In this document: piece after piece, positions 6,902 through 13,198 of the stretch
Layout: every line of letters begins with the position of its first letter
How positions within the stretch are numbered: the first letter of the stretch is position 1
Origin: an uncultured Pseudomonadales bacterium
GTDB taxonomy: Bacteria; Patescibacteriota; Microgenomatia; UBA1400; CAYNBK01
DNA length: 25,780 nt
Assembly: GCA_964395485.1 (NCBI GenBank)
Contig: CAYNBK010000001.1
Span: forward strand, 1 to 25,780
Reading direction: 5' to 3'
Made by a program: the position numbers and the translations under genes
The notes under the pieces: generated by a model
Databases searched by the model: none
The model's input: only the letters and a program-made list of their open reading frames with translations
Told to the model about the DNA's origin: nothing

Positions 6902-8070
6902 AGTATTCTTTTGCCCTAAGAGCCAGAAACATGCAAACTAGCATGCTGCGTGAACTACTAAAACTTACTGATAGGCCTGGTCTTATCTCTATGGCTGGCG
7001 GCTTACCTGCTCCGGAAAGCTTTCCGCTGAAATTGATACTAAATTTAACCCGACTGGTGATTGCTAAATATGGCGCCAATGCCTTTCAATACAGTCAAAC
7101 TGAGGGTTTTTTACCCTTAAGAACCGCTTTAGCCGTTTACCTTAACCATCATCATATTAAATGCAAAACCGAAAATCTTATTATCTCCAGCGGCTCCCAG
7201 GGAATTCTTGATACTATGGGTAAAATTTTTATCAACAAGGGGGATAAGATTGCCGTCGAAGCTCCCACTTATCTGGGGGCCATTCAGGCTTTTAATGCAT
7301 ATGAGCCAAAATATATCAGTCTGAAAACCGATGAAAATGGTATTTTGCCAAATCACTTAGCACGAGTTTTAACAAAGCACCAAGTAAAATTAATTTATCT
7401 TAACCCAACTTTCCAAAATCCCAGCGGTCGGACCTTAAGCAAAGAAAGAAGAATACAGGTGGCAAATATTATAAAAAAACATCGTGTTTTACTGTTAGAG
7501 GACGACCCTTATTCCAGCCTCAGATTTAACGGCAGGGCATTAAGGCCGATTATGAATTTTGCTCCGGAAAATACGGTTTATACCAGCACTTTTTCTAAAA
7601 TATTTGCTCCGGGCTTGAGGGTCGGTTACGCCATTGCTCCGGATAAAGTGGCAAAAATGCTGGTACTAGCCAAGCAAGGCATAGATTTGCACAGCGGCAC
7701 TTTTAGCCAGGCATTAGCGGCCGAATATATTCTGGGGGCTTATATGGATAAACAAATCAAAAAAAACATCAGGCTTTATGCTCCCAGAAAGCAGGCGATG
7801 ATTAAAAATTTGGCAAAATATATGCCGGCTGGCTTTAAATGGTCAAATCCTGATGGGGGGTTGTTTGTTTGGGTTGAAGGGCCAAAAGATTTTGATTCAA
7901 CTAAGTTTTTCCAAAAAGCCATTAACACCGGCGTAGCTTATGTTCCGGGCACATATTTTTATACCAAAAAAGGCGCGGGTAAAAATACCATAAGATTGAA
8001 CTTCTCCAATGTCAATGAAAAAAACATTCAAAAAGGAATAAAAATATTGGCCAATATTATAAAAAACTGA
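6898..8070 (+). CDS. PLP-dependent class I/II aminotransferase (LysN/ARO8-like, no wHTH)
   Basis: ISMAGGLP, SGSQGILD, NPTFQNPSG, EDDPY, PLP lysine in STFSKIFAPGLRVG, IRLNFS. Confidence 0.92.
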   Translation: MKYSFALRARNMQTSMLRELLKLTDRPGLISMAGGLPAPESFPLKLILNLTRLVIAKYGANAFQYSQTEGFLPLRTALAVYLNHHHIKCKTENLIISSGSQGILDTMGKIFINKGDKIAVEAPTYLGAIQAFNAYEPKYISLKTDENGILPNHLARVLTKHQVKLIYLNPTFQNPSGRTLSKERRIQVANIIKKHRVLLLEDDPYSSLRFNGRALRPIMNFAPENTVYTSTFSKIFAPGLRVGYAIAPDKVAKMLVLAKQGIDLHSGTFSQALAAEYILGAYMDKQIKKNIRLYAPRKQAMIKNLAKYMPAGFKWSNPDGGLFVWVEGPKDFDSTKFFQKAINTGVAYVPGTYFYTKKGAGKNTIRLNFSNVNEKNIQKGIKILANIIKN

Positions 8071-8086
8071 TAAAATATGTTTTCTT

Positions 8087-8163
8087 GGGTTCGTAGCTCA
8101 GTTGGCTAGAGCGCTTCGTTGACATCGAAGAGGTCACAGGTTCAAGTCCTGTCGAACCCACCA
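8087..8163 (+). tRNA. tRNA-Val(GAC), CCA encoded
   Basis: Acceptor GGGTTCG/CGAACCC-A-CCA, anticodon arm CTTCG-TT GAC AT-CGAAG, GGTTCAAGTCC T-arm. Confidence 0.97.
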
Positions 8164-8177
8164 AAATATGCTATAAT

Positions 8178-8345
8178 GGGTTTATTGTCTGTTTGTATAT
8201 GGCTTTACCAACCATAAAGTTCGATGGAATCGGACACAGACAAGGGGCAAACCAGCCCAAAAAATGGGGTTAAATGAGTATATTCAGAGTGGAACCGTGA
8301 TTTATATCACCTCTGTACCGAAAGGGCAGGGGTGTTTGTTTTATT
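8178..8345 (+). ncRNA. T-box riboswitch, probably Thr-specific
   Basis: Antiterminator CAGAG 8285-89 / CTCTG 8311-15, 7-nt bulge TGGAACC, GTGAT/ATCAC. Overlapping terminator CACCTCTGT 8308-16 / GCAGGGGTG 8326-34 plus T-tract. Stem I TTGTCTGT/ACAGACAA with GATGGAA distal loop. Candidate ACC specifier at 8251-53. thrS lies downstream. Confidence 0.85.
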
Positions 8346-8357
8346 AGGAGGCAATAT

Positions 8358-8702
8358 ATGAGCCAAGATTTTATTACATCACCGGGGAAAAAAGAATCAA
8401 TGTTAAAAACCTTTAATAGGGGAGTTATTGGCGGAGTAGGCTGGTCTTTTGGCGTCTGTATCGGTTCGATTGTTCTTTGTCTGATTTTTATTTACTTTTT
8501 TAACTATTTTCACTGGGGAAAGTATATACAGTCATATTTTGAAGAACTATTGAAACAAACTACAGCCCAGCAAGTTCAAACTCAGAAAGAGTTATTAAAT
8601 ACTATTATACCGGGTGCAAAAACCGGCACACTTAATATCCCGACAGATTTTTATCCAGAAAATATAGACGAATTACTCAATAACGCTCGAATTAAAAACT
8701 AG
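8358..8702 (+). CDS. Small membrane protein (possibly DUF5665-like, unverified)
   Basis: SD AGGAGG 8346-51, 6 nt spacing. Gly-rich hydrophobic stretch GVIGGVGWSFGVCIGSIVLCLIFIYFF. Confidence 0.75.
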   Translation: MSQDFITSPGKKESMLKTFNRGVIGGVGWSFGVCIGSIVLCLIFIYFFNYFHWGKYIQSYFEELLKQTTAQQVQTQKELLNTIIPGAKTGTLNIPTDFYPENIDELLNNARIKN

Positions 8703-8717
8703 TATAAAAATATATAT

Positions 8718-10517
8718 ATGAAAAACAACAATAAAAGTTTAGAAAATAACAACAGCAAAGATGATAAGCTCTTGGCAATGCGGCACAGCTGTGAACACGT
8801 CCTGCACCAGGCTATGGTCGAGCTCTATCCCGGTTTAAAACGGGCCATGGGGCCGGCGACATCCGAGGGCTTTTATCATGATTTTGATTACGATGGCAAA
8901 ATCAGTGAAGAAGATTTTCCCAGCATTGAAAAACGGATGAAAGAAATAATCAAAGCTGATTTGCCAATAATCCGCAAAGAGATTTCGATAAAAGAAGCTG
9001 AACAATTGTTTAAAGGCAACCCATATAAACAAGACTGGCTTTCAAGAATAAAGGCAAAAGGAGAAAAAGCGACTGTTTACTGGAACGGAAAACCAGGGGA
9101 AAAGGGCTCTGACGTAGACCTATGCAAAGGGCCTCATGTTAGTTCTACCGGCAAAATCGGGCCATTTAAGCTCTTTTTTGTAGCAGGTGCATATTGGCAC
9201 GGAGACGAAAAAAACAAAATGCTGACACGTATCTACGGCACTTGTTTTCCCAGCCAAAAAGAACTTGATCACTATCTATGGCAGCAGGAAGAAGCAAAAA
9301 AACGCGACCACCGGGTACTGGGCCAGAAACTAAAACTCTTTATGTTTGATGAAGAAGTTGGTCAGGGCTTGCCTCTTTACCTGCCAAATGGAGCCATGAT
9401 AAGGTATTTGCTGATGGAGTTTGCCATGAATACCTATTTCCAAAGAGGGTATAAGCCGGTATCGACCCCGCATATCGGCACTGAAGCACTATGGAACCAC
9501 TCCGGACATTTACAATTTTATGCCGACAGTATGTATGGTCCATTTGAAGTTGAGGGCAAACGCTACCGCCTGAAGCCAATGAACTGTCCATTCCATGTAA
9601 AAATGTACAATTCGGAAATACGAAGCTACCGGGATTTACCTATTCGCTGGACTGAAATGGGGACTGTTTACCGTTATGAAAAATCCGGCGAACTGCATGG
9701 ACTGACCAGGCCGCGCGTCTTTACCCAGGATGATGCCCACATTATTTGCCGTCCGGACCAGTTGGAAGATGAACTAAGCAATGCTTTGGATCTGATAAGT
9801 TATATATATCATAGCCTACAGATGGAAAAACTTATTTACAAATTGTCTGTTCGTGACCCCAACAATTTAGACAAATATTTTGGCTCAAGTAAAGACTGGA
9901 GCAAAGCTGAAGACACTTTGAAAAAAGTCCTTATTGATAGCGGCCACAAGGATTATGAGACTGATGTCGGCGGGGCTGTATTTTATGCACCAAAAATAGA
10001 TATAGACGGAGTTGATTCACTGGGCAGACGGTGGCAGCTATCGACTGTCCAGATAGACTTTAATCTGCCATCCCGTTTTAAAATGGAGTACATTGACAAA
10101 GACGGCCGTCAAAAAACACCATTCATGATTCACCGGGCATTGCTCGGGTCGTTGGAGAGATTTTTGGGTGTTTACATCGAACATACTGCCGGTGCTTTTC
10201 CCGTCTGGCTGTCTCCGGTTCAGGTGCAGATTGTCCCGATTGCCGACCGCCATCAGCAGTTTGCCGCCAAAGCCAAAGATGTGCTTACAAGGCTTGGTAT
10301 AAGGGTGGAGCAGGATGACAGATCGCTTTCTATGCAGAAAAAACTAAAAGAAGCCGAAGAGCAAAAAATACCCTTTATGCTTATTGTGGGCGATAGGGAA
10401 GTACAAAATAAAACCGTTTCTGTCAGACAGAGGGGAAATAAGGATTTGGGCGCCCAAAGTCTGAAAGCATTTGGCGAAAAACTAACTAATTTAATTGCTA
10501 ATAAAGCGCAAATTTGA
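8718..10517 (+). CDS. thrS: Threonyl-tRNA synthetase (no N-terminal TGS domain)
   Basis: Editing HSCEH and DLCKGPH, RDHRVLG, LKPMNCP, GLTRPRVFTQDDAH, MIHRALLGSLERF, anticodon-binding domain. Confidence 0.98.
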   Translation: MKNNNKSLENNNSKDDKLLAMRHSCEHVLHQAMVELYPGLKRAMGPATSEGFYHDFDYDGKISEEDFPSIEKRMKEIIKADLPIIRKEISIKEAEQLFKGNPYKQDWLSRIKAKGEKATVYWNGKPGEKGSDVDLCKGPHVSSTGKIGPFKLFFVAGAYWHGDEKNKMLTRIYGTCFPSQKELDHYLWQQEEAKKRDHRVLGQKLKLFMFDEEVGQGLPLYLPNGAMIRYLLMEFAMNTYFQRGYKPVSTPHIGTEALWNHSGHLQFYADSMYGPFEVEGKRYRLKPMNCPFHVKMYNSEIRSYRDLPIRWTEMGTVYRYEKSGELHGLTRPRVFTQDDAHIICRPDQLEDELSNALDLISYIYHSLQMEKLIYKLSVRDPNNLDKYFGSSKDWSKAEDTLKKVLIDSGHKDYETDVGGAVFYAPKIDIDGVDSLGRRWQLSTVQIDFNLPSRFKMEYIDKDGRQKTPFMIHRALLGSLERFLGVYIEHTAGAFPVWLSPVQVQIVPIADRHQQFAAKAKDVLTRLGIRVEQDDRSLSMQKKLKEAEEQKIPFMLIVGDREVQNKTVSVRQRGNKDLGAQSLKAFGEKLTNLIANKAQI

Positions 10518-10538
10518 TAAGATGGGTAGATAAATGAC

Positions 10539-10656
10539 CAATTTTCGATTATCAATTTTCAGAAAATATCAAATTTTTAAATTATCATTTACTTAAACTG
10601 TTTTGAAATTTTAAAATTGTAATTTGTTTGCTTATTGGGGTTTGATAATTGATAAT
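10539..10656. repeat. AT-rich degenerate 7/14-nt repeats arranged as an imperfect inverted repeat
   Basis: CAATTTTC x2 (10539, 10553), TGATAAT x2 (10643, 10650), ATTATCAATT 10548-57 / AATTGATAAT 10647-56. Confidence 0.6.
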
Positions 10657-10667
10657 TACTTAGATAT

Positions 10668-11201
10668 ATGCCTTTAAAACGTTATTATCTCTTAAACCAA
10701 AATATCAAAAGCCCACAGGTCCGGGTGATAGATGAAAAAGGCGAACAGCTGGGAGTCATGCCTACTGCCGAAGCGCTTTTTATGGCGCGGCAAAAAGGCC
10801 TTGATCTGGTTGAGGTAGCAGAAACTGCCAAACCTCCGGTTTGCAAACTGATAGATTTTCAGAAATTCCGTTATCAGGAGCAAAAAAAAGACTCAGCCGG
10901 CAGAAAAAAAGGTAAAGGTAGTTCTGAGATGAAAGAAATCCGCCTAACGCCGTTTATGGGTCAAAAGGACTATGAAGTCCGGGTGAAAAGAGCGCGTGAA
11001 TTTTTAAGCAAAGGCCACCGGGTAAAACTGGTAGTAAAATTTTTCGGCAGGCAGATAACCAGAAAAGAATTTGGATACAAACAGCTGGAAAACGCCGTTA
11101 AAGAACTATCCGATATTGCCAAAATAGAGGCAGAGTCCAAATGGCAGGGCCGTCTGCTATTCCAAACCCTGAAACCGAGCGGAAATAAAAAAGAAGAATA
11201 G
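10668..11201 (+). CDS. infC: Translation initiation factor IF-3
   Basis: NQNIKSPQVRVIDEKGEQLGVM, LDLVEV, PPVCKLIDF, KEIRLTP, GHRVK. Confidence 0.97.
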   Translation: MPLKRYYLLNQNIKSPQVRVIDEKGEQLGVMPTAEALFMARQKGLDLVEVAETAKPPVCKLIDFQKFRYQEQKKDSAGRKKGKGSSEMKEIRLTPFMGQKDYEVRVKRAREFLSKGHRVKLVVKFFGRQITRKEFGYKQLENAVKELSDIAKIEAESKWQGRLLFQTLKPSGNKKEE

Positions 11202-11207
11202 GAAGAC

Positions 11208-11266
11208 TAGAGTTTTAGAGTTTTAGAGTTTTAGAGTTTTAGAGTTTTAGAGTTTTAGAGTTTTAG
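11208..11266. repeat. Perfect tandem octamer (TAGAGTTT)7 + TAG
   Basis: Counted directly; no spacers. Confidence 0.97.
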
Positions 11267-11288
11267 GAATTGCGGAGTATCAATATTG

Positions 11289-11297
11289 TGATAAAAT
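11289..11297 (+). promoter_or_regulatory. Extended -10 promoter upstream of rpmI
   Basis: TGaTAAAAT, with TTGCGG at 11270-75 (16-nt spacer). Confidence 0.55.
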
Positions 11298-11317
11298 ATA
11301 TTTTTGTAAAAATAACA

Positions 11318-11376
11318 GTCATCCTGAACTAGTTTCAGCATCCATAAAGTTGATCCTGAACCAAGTTCAGGATGAC
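11318..11376. repeat. REP/MITE-like palindromic element
   Basis: Perfect 13-bp terminal inverted repeat GTCATCCTGAACT / AGTTCAGGATGAC with further inner pairing. Confidence 0.85.
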
Positions 11377-11384
11377 AAACGAAT

Positions 11385-11579
11385 ATGCCAAAACAAAAAA
11401 CCAGAAAATCACTAATGAAAAGGGTAAAGGTGACCAAAACCGGCAAAATAATGCGCCGCGGCAGCCATATCCGTCATCTTCGCTTGAAAAAGAGCAAAAA
11501 GACTGTCCGCCGGCAGAAATTAATGCGCGAAGTAAAAGGCAAAATCGGTAAAAAAGTAAGAAAACTAATTTCAAAATAA
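11385..11579 (+). CDS. rpmI: 50S ribosomal protein L35
   Basis: MPKQKTRKSLMKRVKVTKTGKI, HLRLKKS; infC-rpmI-rplT synteny. Confidence 0.96.
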   Translation: MPKQKTRKSLMKRVKVTKTGKIMRRGSHIRHLRLKKSKKTVRRQKLMREVKGKIGKKVRKLISK

Positions 11580-11580
11580 A

Positions 11581-11928
11581 ATGAGAATAAAAACAGGGAC
11601 ACATCGAAAGGCACGGCACAATAAGGTTCTCGCCCGCACCAAGGGTTTCCGTATGACCAAGGGGCGCCTCATTAAGGTCAGCAAAGAAGCGGATTTACAC
11701 GCTGGCCAGTATGCTTATATCGGCCGTAAGCAGAAAAAAAGGAATTTTAGACAACTTTGGATTATCCGCCTTAATGCCTTTCTTAAAAACTCAGGCTACG
11801 CTTACAACACATTTATAAAAGCAGCCAAAGACAAAAAAGTAGAAATAAACCGAAAGATTTTGGCAAATATGGCAGTTAAATATCCGGAAGACTTAAAAGA
11901 AATCTGTGAGTTTGTCTTTAAAAAATAG
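11581..11928 (+). CDS. rplT: 50S ribosomal protein L20
   Basis: MRIKTG, YAYIGRKQKKRNFRQLWIIRLNA, INRKILANMAV. Confidence 0.97.
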   Translation: MRIKTGTHRKARHNKVLARTKGFRMTKGRLIKVSKEADLHAGQYAYIGRKQKKRNFRQLWIIRLNAFLKNSGYAYNTFIKAAKDKKVEINRKILANMAVKYPEDLKEICEFVFKK

Positions 11929-11956
11929 GGCAAAAGATCTTGAATGATCATATTTT

Positions 11957-11982
11957 GCCCTCCCTTAGGAGGGCTTTTTTTT
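11957..11982 (+). terminator. Intrinsic terminator after rplT
   Basis: GCCCTCC-CTTA-GGAGGGC followed by T8. Confidence 0.9.
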
Positions 11983-11984
11983 AT

Positions 11985-12075
11985 GTCATTACGGGGAGTC
12001 CAAACTAATGTCGGGACAAAGAAGCAATCTTAACCGGGATTGCTTGGGCCCGATTTAATCGGATCTCGCAAAGGC
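11985..12075. repeat. Degenerate REP-like palindromic element
   Basis: AAGCAATC 12022-29 / GATTGCTT 12038-45, CCGAT-TTA-ATCGG 12050-62, decayed GTCATTACG / CGCAAAGGC ends. Confidence 0.6.
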
Positions 12076-12100
12076 AAAACATTTTGTGTAAAATAAGCGT

Positions 12101-13135
12101 ATGCTAAATCAAATCAAAAAACTGGAAAAACAAGCCATCGAAAGCATTGCCGGCGCCGTCGGTACAGATGAACTGGAAAAACTGAGAATCCAATACCTGG
12201 GCAGGCAGGGAGAAGTGAACAAACTGGGAAAGCTGATGCCCGGACTGCCGGATAAGGATAAAAAAACCGCCGGACAAAGCCTTAACCGGCTAAAACAAAA
12301 TTTAGCTGCAACCCTTGAGAAAAAAAGCCAAGACCTGCAAAATATAAGCAGCCAGGTAAAGCTGGCAGACTTAGATCAGCCGTCTCACCCTTACAGCCCA
12401 TTTGGCCATCTTCACATCGTCACCCAAGCCATTGAGGAAATTGTCGAGATTTTTAAACACATTGGTTTTGAACGTGTCCGCCATCCGGAAGTAGACTGGG
12501 ACTGGTTTGCCTTTGAAGCTTTAAATATGCCCAAGGGCCACCCGGCCCGCGACGAGTGGGAAACGCTTTTCGTGGACGCTTTGGAAAACCCGAAAATGGG
12601 CAAAATGGTTTTAACTCCACATACCTCAAACGGACAGGTTAGAGAAATGCTGAGATTGGGCAAAGCACCAATAAGAATGATTAATATTGCTAAAAATTAC
12701 CGCCGCCAGCAAGATGTTACCCATACTGTAATGCTTCACCAGTTTGAGGGACTTTGCATTGACAAAAATATAAATATAAGCCACCTAAAAGGAACGATTG
12801 ACTATTTTGCTAAAAATTATTATGGTCCTGACGTTAAATCCAGAATTAGACCATTTCACTTTAATTTTACCGAGCCCTCTTTTGAAGTAGATTTTTCCTG
12901 CAGTATTTGCAGTGGAAAAGGATGCAGGGCTTGCAAATCCGGCTGGCATGAAGTAGGAGGAGCCGGCATGGTCCATCCCAATGTACTGCGGGCCGGCGGC
13001 ATTAATCCGGAAAAATATTCCGGCTTTGCTTTTGGCTGGGGAGTAGAACGAAGCTATATGATGAAACCGGGTCTGCAAATACCTGACCTAAGAATATTTT
13101 ATCAAAACGATATCAGATTTTTAGAGCAATTTTAG
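12101..13135 (+). CDS. pheS: Phenylalanyl-tRNA synthetase alpha subunit
   Basis: N-terminal coiled coil (LGRQG), GHLHIVT, FEALNMPKGHPARD, HQFEG, FNFTEPS, GFAFGWGVER; CxxC...CxxC insert. Confidence 0.98.
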   Translation: MLNQIKKLEKQAIESIAGAVGTDELEKLRIQYLGRQGEVNKLGKLMPGLPDKDKKTAGQSLNRLKQNLAATLEKKSQDLQNISSQVKLADLDQPSHPYSPFGHLHIVTQAIEEIVEIFKHIGFERVRHPEVDWDWFAFEALNMPKGHPARDEWETLFVDALENPKMGKMVLTPHTSNGQVREMLRLGKAPIRMINIAKNYRRQQDVTHTVMLHQFEGLCIDKNINISHLKGTIDYFAKNYYGPDVKSRIRPFHFNFTEPSFEVDFSCSICSGKGCRACKSGWHEVGGAGMVHPNVLRAGGINPEKYSGFAFGWGVERSYMMKPGLQIPDLRIFYQNDIRFLEQF

Positions 13136-13198
13136 AGTTAGTAATTGCTAATAATTAACAAGTAATTATAGTTGCATTATTGGCAAAGTTGAAAAACT

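Noticed and set aside
8244-8270. c-di-GMP-I riboswitch (GGCAAACC motif)
   Set aside because: The GNRA loop and GACGCAAAG elements are missing, and the region is better explained as T-box stem I.
10655-10670. Non-canonical ATT start for infC
   Set aside because: The upstream in-frame ATT (10656-58) is followed by an in-frame TAG, so ATG 10668 is the usable start.
11208-11266. CRISPR array
   Set aside because: Contiguous 8-nt units with no spacers, and no cas genes in the window.
11944-12033. pheM-like leader peptide MIIFCPPLGGLFFMS...
   Set aside because: Two of its three Phe codons are the terminator T-tract, it runs through the terminator and a REP remnant, and it has no SD. The geometry cannot support attenuation.
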